Virus record (IMG/VR): IMGVR_UViG_3300033551_000015
Span: 1 to 39,835 of that record
Direction: 5' to 3' (one strand)
Source of the DNA: a virus
Lineage: Duplodnaviria; Caudoviricetes
DNA: 39,835 nucleotides
Shown here: positions 18,686 to 27,599 of the stretch, in pieces
Layout: the number at the start of each line of letters is the position of its first letter
Position numbering within the stretch: the first letter of the stretch is position 1
The notes under the pieces: generated by a model
Seen by the model: the letters and a program-made list of their open reading frames with translations, nothing else
Told to the model about the DNA's origin: nothing
Database searches by the model: none
Translations under genes and position numbers: made by a program

Positions 18686-20346
18686 CACACACCTCCGCTC
18701 GCGTAGTCGCTCTCGGTGATCTTGGGAACGCCGCGATAGAGCGAGTTCCAAGCATGAGCGCCGGCGTCCACCTGGTCGTCGTGGGTGTCGTTGTTCCCTG
18801 TGAAGCGCTGGAACTCGTCGATGAGCACCTCGGCCCACGGAGCGTCCATCGGCACCATGACGCGACCGTCGTTCCACGCCGCGGCGAGTGCCATCGCTCT
18901 GGTGTACTTGTCGCGCGCAGTGTCGGTGATGTCGAGGACGCGAAGCTTCGGGTCGATGGCTCGCAGCGACTGCGGAACGGCCTTGAAGCCGCTGACGGCC
19001 TCGCACACGATCATCAGCTTGCGACGGTATTGGAGCTGACGCGCCATCTCGACGAGCTTGGGGATCTCGATCTGCTGACGAACGACGTCGACGATCCACA
19101 TCCGCGTGTTGATGCCGAAGCCTTCGGTCGCCACGGTCATCAGCACGGACCAGTCGGCGCTCGTCTTCGCAGTCGCGGCTGGATCGATGCTGATGCATCC
19201 GCGCTTGCCCTCCCACTTGAAGTCCTTGAGGCTGAAGCGCGACGGCTCCTTGAAGACCTGCGTTCCCTCTGGACGCGGCTTCCCCTGGTACATCGCGTTG
19301 AAGATGTGATCACCGAGCGTCTTCTTGATCTCGGCGAGGTGACCGTCGTGTCCGCAGATGTCCTTGTCGCTGCAGATCTCGTACGGGTACTTCTCCGGCC
19401 ACGCGACCTCGCCGAGCTTGCGGCCGAGGATGTCGGGGACGACGTCGCACACCGACGGAATGGAGATCTTGTCCCACTTGAGGTTCTTGTCGATGAACCC
19501 GATCAGGTCGTCCACGTGCCACCGAGTATGCAGCACGATGATGGATCCACCCTGCAGACGAGTGAACGCGACCGCCTTGAAGCGCTCGATGACCGCGTTG
19601 TTGATCGCCTGCGAGCGAGCGTCGCGCATCTCCTTGTACGGATCGTCGTAGATGGCGAGGCCCGGAACGCGCTTTCCGGTGATCGCACCCTGAGCGCCAG
19701 CGGCGATGAGTCCGCCACCCTGAGGCGTGAGCCAGAAGCTCGCGGCGTTCACGTCCTGCGACAGCGTGGACCCGGCAGCTTCGAGCGTCTCCTTGCAGAT
19801 GCGCGACTTCGTCCGGGCCTGAGCGTCGCTATAGGTGATGTACGCGCACAGATCGCCCGGGGACTTGTCCGGCGAGAGCCACCATGCGATGGAGCGAAGG
19901 AGAGCTGTCGTCTTCGCGTGACCCGGACCCATGTCGAACACGATGCGGATCGGCTTCAGGCGAGCGTACTCGATCACGTCGAGGATCGGCTGAAGGTGCG
20001 CCGGCGGAGGCTCGTGCGGCGCGACGCGCACCATGAAGTCGCGGATCGACTCGCCGCCGACGAGCTGGTTCGCCGCGCGGTAGAACTGGATCTGCTCCTC
20101 GGGCGGGAGGAGCTTGATCCAGGACTGGTCGAAGCCGTCGAAGAACGTCTCCTTCGCGTTCTTCCCGCGGATCGAGTTGACGCGCTGATCAGCCACGCAC
20201 GACTCCAGCTTCGCCTCGAGCCGATTGATCTTGCGTGACGCGCCGACCGTGACGGTCAGAACCACGACCATCGTGAGCATCAGCGCGATGAGACCGGCCC
20301 GACAGTCTGCGCATCGGGTGGAGCACGAGCATCGACGCGCCGACAC
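18685..20346 (-). CDS. terL: terminase large subunit
   Basis: Walker A variant PGHAKT, ITGKR...IYDDP, TRWHVDD, YQGKP, SIDPA, HDDQVDA; true start uncertain. Confidence 0.92.
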   Translation of the reverse strand: MSARRCSCSTRCADCRAGLIALMLTMVVVLTVTVGASRKINRLEAKLESCVADQRVNSIRGKNAKETFFDGFDQSWIKLLPPEEQIQFYRAANQLVGGESIRDFMVRVAPHEPPPAHLQPILDVIEYARLKPIRIVFDMGPGHAKTTALLRSIAWWLSPDKSPGDLCAYITYSDAQARTKSRICKETLEAAGSTLSQDVNAASFWLTPQGGGLIAAGAQGAITGKRVPGLAIYDDPYKEMRDARSQAINNAVIERFKAVAFTRLQGGSIIVLHTRWHVDDLIGFIDKNLKWDKISIPSVCDVVPDILGRKLGEVAWPEKYPYEICSDKDICGHDGHLAEIKKTLGDHIFNAMYQGKPRPEGTQVFKEPSRFSLKDFKWEGKRGCISIDPAATAKTSADWSVLMTVATEGFGINTRMWIVDVVRQQIEIPKLVEMARQLQYRRKLMIVCEAVSGFKAVPQSLRAIDPKLRVLDITDTARDKYTRAMALAAAWNDGRVMVPMDAPWAEVLIDEFQRFTGNNDTHDDQVDAGAHAWNSLYRGVPKITESDYASGGV

Positions 20347-21162
20347 TCACTTCTTCTCCCGCAAGTCGATGACCATGCTCTTGGATCCCCCGTTCGAGTG
20401 ACCGTTCCCGTTGACGACTTGACCAGTCGGCCCAATCATCAGCATCTCCTCACTGGCACCATCGTGAAGCTCCCTCACGGCGACGTCGATGTCCACGACC
20501 TTGGCGACTCCGCCCGGTGGTAGCTCCGGCTTCGGTACGCCTCGCTCGGCCAGCTCTCTCGCCTTCTTCATCAGTGCGCCGAGTGTCTCGCGTGCCGCGT
20601 TTGTGATGACGCCGCCGACGATCTTCTGCTCGAGGCTCCCCTCGATCGGCTGATCCAGAGCGTCCAACTTGACGAGGGCGTTGAGCGCCGCGAGCGCCTC
20701 CTTGATCTTCCCGGCCTTGATGGCGACGCGGTACACGTGGTTGAACCGCTGGCGAATGACGTCGCGCTGATCGCGCGTGACGTCCGCCGGCACACCGTCG
20801 AGTCGCCACGCCTTCAGGATGATGCGCTGGACGTCCTCGAACTGCTTGAGCGGGACGCCTATCTCGAGGGTCGCCCACGTTCGGTTCGACGCCTCAGTGT
20901 GACCCTCGAGCATCCGCTGCTCGAGCAGACCGGCGAACTTGACGAGGTTCGACGGGATCTCGTCAGGCGACGAAGCGTCGTCGGCTGTCGCCGGTGTCGC
21001 TTCAGTGGTGTCGCCTGGCGGAAAATCCTCCACCGGCCGACCCCTAGCATGGAGAGAAACGGAACGCAAGGAATTTCGCAAAAAATCGTGGAAGTCCTTG
21101 TAACTGCTGCGTTTTCCGTCTGCCGAGATGACGCGTAGGCGAGGTCGCCCCCGCTCGCCCAT
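20347..21162 (-). CDS. putative terminase small subunit
   Basis: Directly upstream of terL; helical AIKAGKIKEALAALNALVKL segment; start set at MGERGRP. Confidence 0.5.
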   Translation of the reverse strand: MGERGRPRLRVISADGKRSSYKDFHDFLRNSLRSVSLHARGRPVEDFPPGDTTEATPATADDASSPDEIPSNLVKFAGLLEQRMLEGHTEASNRTWATLEIGVPLKQFEDVQRIILKAWRLDGVPADVTRDQRDVIRQRFNHVYRVAIKAGKIKEALAALNALVKLDALDQPIEGSLEQKIVGGVITNAARETLGALMKKARELAERGVPKPELPPGGVAKVVDIDVAVRELHDGASEEMLMIGPTGQVVNGNGHSNGGSKSMVIDLREKK

Positions 21163-21315
21163 GGTGTTCGGCTCGGCGGAACCTTCTGCAGATCCTTCGG
21201 TCGTCGACCCGAGGGTGCGCCGTGCGCTATTTACTAACCTTAGATTATATCTATGAATGATGAAGAAGAAGTAGTAATAGAGGGTTTCGGGGTGGGGGGT
21301 CCAAGGATAGGCCGC

Positions 21316-21341
21316 TAGGTATGCACCGCGCACTTTGCAAG
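21316..21341 (-). promoter_or_regulatory. putative late promoter for packaging operon
   Basis: CTTGCAA-N10-GC-N4-CTA, matching 8181-8206. Confidence 0.4.
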
Positions 21342-21405
21342 AGGACACGTCATCTTTCGCACAGTCACCGACCACCGGGCTTTCAAAGAATTGCACCATC
21401 AACGC

Positions 21406-21434
21406 TTGCAAACGCTTACAGCTTGTGTTACTAT
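21406..21434 (+). promoter_or_regulatory. sigma70-type promoter for rightward arm
   Basis: TTGCAA-17 bp-TACTAT with extended -10 TG; AGGAGG RBS and GTG at 21461 follow. Confidence 0.7.
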
Positions 21435-21460
21435 CGGCCTCTTTTCGCTGAGGAGGAGAC

Positions 21461-21784
21461 GTGAGCTTCCGTCATCCCGGTTTCAGCGTTGGGTTCTACA
21501 ACGGACTTCTCGCCGTTGTGGAGCTTCACCGCTCCATCAACCTGTACATCTGCGAGTGCAAGTGTGGACGCCGCGCGGTCGTTCCGCTTCGCGTTCTGTG
21601 CCGAACCAAGAACGCGATCTCGTGTGGACCGCAATGCGGTCTCGAACCGACGCAATGGTCGCTGAATGAGAACGAGAGAAGAATCTTCGCTAACGTGCGC
21701 TGCAACCTGACGCAGTGGCGACTGAGGGGCGACAAGCCTTTGCTCGGCGACACCGTCGTAACGGACCCGCTCACACTCAAATGA
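21461..21784 (+). CDS. Cys-rich protein resembling the N-terminal domain of phage HNH/AP2 proteins
   Basis: YICECKCG...V...L...SCG motif; strong RBS; no HNH core seen. Confidence 0.5.
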   Translation: MSFRHPGFSVGFYNGLLAVVELHRSINLYICECKCGRRAVVPLRVLCRTKNAISCGPQCGLEPTQWSLNENERRIFANVRCNLTQWRLRGDKPLLGDTVVTDPLTLK

Positions 21785-22098
21785 TCGAGCCACAACATCC
21801 CACTCAACACGACTACGTCGCCGACATCTGCCCAGTTTGCGGCGTGAAGTGTCCGCACGGGGAGATGCTCGCTCGCCGCGACGGCAAGAAGCGCGGACCC
21901 AAGCCGAAGCCTCACTCCAATCGCCGAAAGCTGACGGTCTACATCAGCCGATCCCTCGAGCTGGCGATCCGAGCGCACGCTCCGCATCTCGAGACGTCCG
22001 CGTGGATCCGCGAGCATCTCGAGTCCATGTTCCCGAACCACCGGGCCGACGCCGAGCGACTGGCGCGCGGCGAGACGCAGACAGAGGACGACAAGTGA
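21781..22098 (+). CDS. putative DNA-binding regulator (CxxC plus ribbon-helix-helix-like)
   Basis: CPVCG, KRGPKPK, KLTVYIS...SAWIRE; ATGA overlap start. Confidence 0.5.
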   Translation: MIEPQHPTQHDYVADICPVCGVKCPHGEMLARRDGKKRGPKPKPHSNRRKLTVYISRSLELAIRAHAPHLETSAWIREHLESMFPNHRADAERLARGETQTEDDK

Positions 22099-24509
22099 GC
22101 ACCGACAGCCTTCAGCCGAACTTCAGTCAGTCCGTCGCGTTCCTCCGTCTGCTCTACCCGAGCGGTCCCTGGATGCTCACCGCGATCTCCGTCGACAAGA
22201 AGGGGATCGACGCGCGCACCTTCGGCGACGACCAGACGCCGCCGGACGAGGAGGAGGTGCTCGCGTGGCTGAACCTCCACAAGAACCGAAACCTCTACTA
22301 CAGCGTCAATCAGCCGACTGACTCCGCTCGCGACAAGCGCAAGCTCAGCAAGACGGACGTTCGCCGCGTTCACTATCTCCACGTGGACGTCGACCCGCGA
22401 GCCGGGGAGGACGTCGCGTCGGAGCAGGAGCGCATCCTGAGGGCGATCGAGTCCTACCACGTCAAGCCGACGTTCGTCGTCTTCAGCGGCGGAGGATACA
22501 ACGCTCTGTGGAAGCTCGCGTCACCGATCGACGTCGCGGCGAACTCCCCGAGTCCGGAGGAGACGATCGCCCGAGCCATCGACGTGGAGCGTCGCAACTG
22601 GCAGTTCGAGCTAGACTTCAACACGCCGGATCACTGTCGGGACGTGAGTCGCATCCTGCGACTCCCGGGCACCCTGAACCGGCCGAACGCAGAGAAGATC
22701 GCGAAGGGTCGCACCATCGCGCTCTCCAAGATCCACTCGACCAAGCTCGGCGACGACGGGAAGCCGCAGACGTACGAGTACGGCTTCTTCGTCGCGACAC
22801 CGGCCGTCCAGTCGAACGTGTCGGCGTCGACCACGGGAGGTGCTCGCGTCTCGTCGAACGTCGAGCGCGTCGAGTCGCTGGACCACGTGCGCGGCACGAA
22901 CGACCTGCCGATCCCCGAGTCGCTGAAGGTGGTCATCGCCCAGGGTTTCGACCCGACCGACCCGAAGAAGTGGGAGGGCGATCGCTCGTCCGCGCTGTTC
23001 TGGGTCGTGTGCGAGCTGGTCAGGCTCGGCGTGCCGGACGCCGTGATCCACGGCGTCATCACCGACAGCCGCTTCGAGATCAGCGCGTCCGTCCTCGACA
23101 AGGGGAACGGGACCGCGCGCTACGCACTCCGGCAGATCAGCCGCGCGAAGGACAAGGCGGACGAGAACGGCGAGATGCTCGAGCTGATGAACTCGCGCTT
23201 CGCCGTCATCCTCGACATGGGAGGCGCCCCGATGGTGATGATCGAGCCGAGCGGCTCGGTGGAGGAGGCGACGTTCCAGGCGTTCCGGCCGTTCAAGGAC
23301 CGCATCAAGAACTACCCGAAGGTGCCGACAGGCGTCAAGGGTAAGGAGCTCTCCGCCTTCGACTGGTGGACGAGTCACCGACGTCGCCGCGAGTACAAGC
23401 GCGTCGTCTTCGAGCCTGGACTGGACGTGCCGGACTGCTACAACCTGTGGACGGGCTTCGCGGTTCAGCCGACTCCCGGCGAGGCTCACCTTCGCTACCT
23501 CGAGCACGTGCGCGACAACATCTGCGACGGCGACGAGCGGTGCTACGACTACCTCGTCAAGTGGATGGCGCGCGTGGTCCAGTACCCTCGGACGCAGTCG
23601 ATGGTCGCCATCGTTCTTCTCGGCGACAGAGGCACCGGCAAGAGCGTCTTCACGCAGTTCTTCGGTCGGCTCTTCGGCGCTCACATGTTCGTTGTCAGCG
23701 ACGTGAACCAGCTCACGGGCAGGTTCAACGGACACCTGTCCACGTCGGTCTTCGTCGTCGCCGAGGAGGCGTTCGACATGAGGGAGAAGCGACACGAGTC
23801 CGTGCTGAAGGAGCGCATCACCGGGGCGCGGACCGCCGTCGAGCGGAAGCAGCGCGACATCATCCAGCTGCCGAACTACTCTCACATCGTGATGACGTCC
23901 AACAACGAGCGCGTCGTGCCGGCGGGCGATCACGAGCGACGCTTCATGGTCATGCGCGTCGGCAACGCGCGGCGACAGGACAGCGAGTACTTCGGCAAGA
24001 TCCTGGCGGACATGGAGGGCGATGGTCCGGCCAACCTGCTACACTACCTGCTCCGCGTCGACCTGAGCGGCTTCAACGTCGGCGATCCGCCGAAGACCGC
24101 GGAGCTTCGGCTTCAGCAGGAGCACTCCATGTCCTATCACCTGGACTGGCTCATGTCGAAGCTCCACGCTGGAGTGTGGATCGACGGGCGAGAGAAGTGG
24201 ATCGGCCCGGTGCGCAAGAAGCTCCTGTGGGAGTCGTACCGCAATCACGTGACGTCGCTCGGCGCGAAGGCGATGGGCGAGCGAGCGTTCCACAACTTCG
24301 TCATGCGCGAGCTACCGGGCACGATCGATCGGCAGATCTACGGCGAGCAGGCTGGCGACCGACCGATGGCGTTCTTCTTCCCGCCCCTGGAGCGGTGCAG
24401 ACAGATCTGGGACGAGAGGCGAGGCTACAAGTCGGACTGGAGGGACCCGAGCGTCCAGGAGCAGGGTGACGCCAAGGTGATCCCGCTGCCGGGGACGGTG
24501 TTCGAGTGA
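22095..24509 (+). CDS. primase-helicase (RepB/AEP-like primase plus SF3 D5-like ATPase)
   Basis: HVDVD, FSGGGYNALW, RILRLPGT, DRS helical domain, Walker A GDRGTGKS, MTSN; GTGA overlap start. Confidence 0.85.
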   Translation: MSTDSLQPNFSQSVAFLRLLYPSGPWMLTAISVDKKGIDARTFGDDQTPPDEEEVLAWLNLHKNRNLYYSVNQPTDSARDKRKLSKTDVRRVHYLHVDVDPRAGEDVASEQERILRAIESYHVKPTFVVFSGGGYNALWKLASPIDVAANSPSPEETIARAIDVERRNWQFELDFNTPDHCRDVSRILRLPGTLNRPNAEKIAKGRTIALSKIHSTKLGDDGKPQTYEYGFFVATPAVQSNVSASTTGGARVSSNVERVESLDHVRGTNDLPIPESLKVVIAQGFDPTDPKKWEGDRSSALFWVVCELVRLGVPDAVIHGVITDSRFEISASVLDKGNGTARYALRQISRAKDKADENGEMLELMNSRFAVILDMGGAPMVMIEPSGSVEEATFQAFRPFKDRIKNYPKVPTGVKGKELSAFDWWTSHRRRREYKRVVFEPGLDVPDCYNLWTGFAVQPTPGEAHLRYLEHVRDNICDGDERCYDYLVKWMARVVQYPRTQSMVAIVLLGDRGTGKSVFTQFFGRLFGAHMFVVSDVNQLTGRFNGHLSTSVFVVAEEAFDMREKRHESVLKERITGARTAVERKQRDIIQLPNYSHIVMTSNNERVVPAGDHERRFMVMRVGNARRQDSEYFGKILADMEGDGPANLLHYLLRVDLSGFNVGDPPKTAELRLQQEHSMSYHLDWLMSKLHAGVWIDGREKWIGPVRKKLLWESYRNHVTSLGAKAMGERAFHNFVMRELPGTIDRQIYGEQAGDRPMAFFFPPLERCRQIWDERRGYKSDWRDPSVQEQGDAKVIPLPGTVFE

Positions 24510-24562
24510 GGATTTCGACATGAGGATTTCGACATGAGGATTTCGACATGAGGATTCCGACA
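24507..24562 (+). repeat. 4 x 14-bp tandem repeat TGAGGATT(T/C)CGACA
   Basis: Three identical copies and one single-mismatch copy, starting at the primase stop codon. Confidence 0.95.
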
Positions 24563-24693
24563 TGACGTTCCAGGAGTTCTGTCTCGACCTTAAGCGATGG
24601 CGCGCCGAGGAGGGACCTCGCGCCGTCGACGTGTGGTTCGAGAACGGTCAGCTGAAGGTGAGGTTGAGGAAGCTGCCGGAGCGACGACGATGA
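24562..24693 (+). CDS. small hypothetical protein (43 aa, MTFQEFCLDL...)
   Basis: Not in ORF track; GAGGA RBS from last repeat unit; ATGA overlaps at both ends. Confidence 0.5.
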   Translation: MTFQEFCLDLKRWRAEEGPRAVDVWFENGQLKVRLRKLPERRR

Positions 24694-25274
24694 CGATCGA
24701 CTTCGACGTCGTCAGCAATCGCGATCCGGAGTACGTCGCCGCCATCCGCTCGCACTACACCGAGTCGGGTGGAGCGCCGGTCGGCAAGAAGCTGTCGCTC
24801 AGGATCCGCGATCACGGCGAGCATCGCGGATGGATCGGGCTCGGCGAGCCGTCGTACAAGCTCGCCCCGCGTCGGCGCCTCGGGCTCGAGGATGCTCGGC
24901 CTCTGCCGCTGACCGTGTGCTGCTTCATCTACAAGCTCGACGAGCCTGGACCGACGAGCGCGAGCGACATCCTCAAGGCTTGGCATCGCGTCGTCCCGAG
25001 GTGGTGGAGCATCCTGTACGGATGGGAGCCGATTCACTTTGAGACGATGGTGGACCCGAGCAAGATTCGCGAGAAGCAGAATCCCGGAGCCTGCTTCCGC
25101 CGAGCGGGATACAGACCGCTCGGCATGACGACCGGACGCAGCGCTCGCCGACCGTCGGGTCACAGCCGAGGTCCGCGCCACTGGATCGACGGAACGCCGA
25201 AGCTGGTCCTGTATCGTGGACCGCTCCGCAGACTGGTCGGCTCTACCGCTACCGGAACGTCAGGAGGCGTGTGA
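24690..25274 (+). CDS. DUF4338/DruA-like, Mom-related protein
   Basis: ASDIL...W...YG...FETMVDP...GACFRRAGY..LG.T.G matches my recollection of the DUF4338 C-terminal pattern. Confidence 0.6.
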   Translation: MTIDFDVVSNRDPEYVAAIRSHYTESGGAPVGKKLSLRIRDHGEHRGWIGLGEPSYKLAPRRRLGLEDARPLPLTVCCFIYKLDEPGPTSASDILKAWHRVVPRWWSILYGWEPIHFETMVDPSKIREKQNPGACFRRAGYRPLGMTTGRSARRPSGHSRGPRHWIDGTPKLVLYRGPLRRLVGSTATGTSGGV

Positions 25275-25498
25275 TGTCGAATGCTATCGTGGAGAAGCTG
25301 GTGGACGCGCAGGAGGAGATCTATCGCCTCACCGGCGAAGTCCTCGTTCTGTGCGCGAAGGTGTCGGACGAGGACTTCGACCTGATCTACGCGGAGTATC
25401 TGCGTAGACCGAAGCCGTACCTCTACATCAAGTCGTTCGAGTTCAACGTGAACGGCGGACGCATCTGCATCATGCGACAGACGGCGACGATCGTATGA
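25271..25498 (+). CDS. hypothetical protein
   Basis: GGAGG RBS; overlapping stop/start. Confidence 0.55.
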   Translation: MMSNAIVEKLVDAQEEIYRLTGEVLVLCAKVSDEDFDLIYAEYLRRPKPYLYIKSFEFNVNGGRICIMRQTATIV

Positions 25499-25806
25499 AG
25501 CCGCCGAAGCTCAGTGCCGAGGGTCAGGCGACGTACGACGCGCACCAGGTGCGTCATCACCTTGATGACTTCGAGAACGCGGCGCGTGCCGAGCACGACG
25601 CGACAGGTTCGACGATGGCTGGCGACATGATCGAGTTAATCGCCGAGATCAAGAGACTTCGTGTCGCGCTCGTTGAGGCGTGCGATATGACCGCGTTCTG
25701 GTCTGCTCTGGCCAGATCTCGTCAACGCGGTGTTGGTCGAGACGAACGATTCGACGCTGACCACGTTAGGCTGACCGAGCTGCGCAAGCTCGCGCCGCGC
25801 TCATGA
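25495..25806 (+). CDS. hypothetical protein
   Basis: ATGA overlaps at both ends. Confidence 0.55.
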   Translation: MKPPKLSAEGQATYDAHQVRHHLDDFENAARAEHDATGSTMAGDMIELIAEIKRLRVALVEACDMTAFWSALARSRQRGVGRDERFDADHVRLTELRKLAPRS

Positions 25807-26039
25807 GCCATCTCGAGAATCACGACCCAGGTGACGAGCATCCGCAGCGCGCGTGGGATCGCGGCACGCTGATGAGCCGCGTGCTCGACTTCCTGCTCGC
25901 ACACCCGGGCAGACAGTTCACGCCGACCGAGATCGCCGACGAGTTGGACTCGGCGCGAAACACGATCTACAAGTGTCTGACGCGACACGAGAAGCGCGGA
26001 CGCGTCAAGCATCACGGATACGGACGCTGGAGCGTCTAG
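25803..26039 (+). CDS. winged helix-turn-helix protein
   Basis: VLDFL...FTPTEIADELDSARNTIYKCLTR...GRV...GRW. Confidence 0.75.
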   Translation: MSHLENHDPGDEHPQRAWDRGTLMSRVLDFLLAHPGRQFTPTEIADELDSARNTIYKCLTRHEKRGRVKHHGYGRWSV

Positions 26040-26067
26040 ATAAAACCAGAGAAATGGAGAAAGAACT

Positions 26068-26556
26068 GTGAGAGACATCAAGATTCCTACACCGAACGCC
26101 GAGGCCCTCGCCATTCTCGCCAAGGCTGCTGACGCCTACGAGAAGCTCGCCGCCGCGCACGAGGTCGCGGCCGACTTCGTCCGCACCTACGCTCAGCACG
26201 TGCGGAAGGGCGACGGATTGAGGATGCTCGAGATCCGCGAGCAGCTGAATCGCGTGAGCATCTCAGACGACGAGGCTGTCGAGCTTCTGCGCGCGACGAA
26301 GATCGTCGATCCCGCGTGGGCCGACGCCGTCAGCCGCGTGGAGGTGCTGCACAGGATCGGGAGCATGAGCGTCGCCGAGCTGATCAAGGCAGGTATCACC
26401 CACGCGCTCGGGTGCGAGGTGGCGAGGGAACCTCGACCGGGTCGCGAGGTCGGTTCGTGGAGGCCCGAAGCTCCGGGCAACGCGTCCTCGTCCTGCGAGG
26501 TCTGCAACGCACTCGAGAGGCGCGCCGAGCAGGTGATGCGCGATCGCGGACGGTGA
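26068..26556 (+). CDS. hypothetical protein
   Basis: GGAG RBS; H...C and CEVC near C-terminus. Confidence 0.55.
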   Translation: MRDIKIPTPNAEALAILAKAADAYEKLAAAHEVAADFVRTYAQHVRKGDGLRMLEIREQLNRVSISDDEAVELLRATKIVDPAWADAVSRVEVLHRIGSMSVAELIKAGITHALGCEVAREPRPGREVGSWRPEAPGNASSSCEVCNALERRAEQVMRDRGR

Positions 26557-27599
26557 GCGAGCACCTCACAAGAGAGACGCGCTACCTCCTCGAGCGCTTT
26601 CGACGAGGCGACGTGTACGTATATGATCTGGACGCGCGCATCACGCATCGCTCGCCGCAGATGGATCGCTACAGCAGCGAATACTCAGCTTTTCGGCCGA
26701 CTGCGCGACATGAGGTGACGTTCGCCGAGCAGAGTCGACCGCGGGACATGAGCGTCTTTGGAATGACGTACGCGCAGCGTTTGGACGCGCTGCTCGAGAC
26801 ACGAGTCGCGCAAGTCGTCCACACGAACCACGTGTGGGAGGGTCGACGCGGTAGCCACTGCTTCACCGTCACGATCGAGATGGACGTGGACGCGCACCGA
26901 TGGCTGGAGGAGGCTATCGTTGAATACAGATCGGGGAGGGAGCGGGAGTTTCGGCGCGAGGTCCAGGGTCGGTTCGTCCCGCACGAGCCTCGCCCGGTGC
27001 GTGCGCCGAGACCCGAGCCGATGAGGCCGATCGAGTTAGAGCCGTACGGCGCGAACATCAACATCAATCGTATCGCGGGGATCACGATGGATCAGCAGGT
27101 GGAGCGCCTCAGGGAGGCGATGACCGTCGGCTTCGACCCAGGTGCTCCGTCGGGCGACGACACGGTTGATGCGCTGATGTACGTTCAGCACGCGATCCGC
27201 GGACAGCGAGCGGATGTGACGATCGTCGACGATCCGAATCAGGTTATGGTTCGCGGCCTGAATCCAGACGGTACGGAGGAGACCGACGAGCAGATGAGGC
27301 AGCGTGTTCGGGGATGGTATCGGTCGCACATGCCGACGCACGAACGACCAGTTCACTACGTTGCCGGAGCAGCGCGCGAGCACGAGGCTTATCTACAGAT
27401 GTGCCTCGGTCTTCTACGCGACATCATCTGCGTCGCCGCGAAGGTGTGGTGGCTCTCAATCGACGACTCGACGAAGCGCTTCCTGATGTTGGAGCACGAC
27501 ACCGAGCCGCGAAAGGTCGTGGATGAGACGGCGCTCGAGAAGGACGACGCGGACGTTCGCTTCAGCCTTCTCGAGATTCACGACAAAGGTGTGATGTGA
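26553..27599 (+). CDS. hypothetical mosaic protein
   Basis: GTGA overlap start; short terminase-like motifs and two DD...RF..LE motifs. Confidence 0.55.
   Translation: MSEHLTRETRYLLERFRRGDVYVYDLDARITHRSPQMDRYSSEYSAFRPTARHEVTFAEQSRPRDMSVFGMTYAQRLDALLETRVAQVVHTNHVWEGRRGSHCFTVTIEMDVDAHRWLEEAIVEYRSGREREFRREVQGRFVPHEPRPVRAPRPEPMRPIELEPYGANININRIAGITMDQQVERLREAMTVGFDPGAPSGDDTVDALMYVQHAIRGQRADVTIVDDPNQVMVRGLNPDGTEETDEQMRQRVRGWYRSHMPTHERPVHYVAGAAREHEAYLQMCLGLLRDIICVAAKVWWLSIDDSTKRFLMLEHDTEPRKVVDETALEKDDADVRFSLLEIHDKGVM

Noticed and set aside
21163-21411. N-terminal extension of ORF 20347-21411
   Set aside because: Runs through AT-rich promoter DNA and translates as YYYFFF; a downstream ATG is more plausible
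24507-24562. CRISPR array
   Set aside because: Repeats are 14 bp and contiguous, with no spacers and no cas genes
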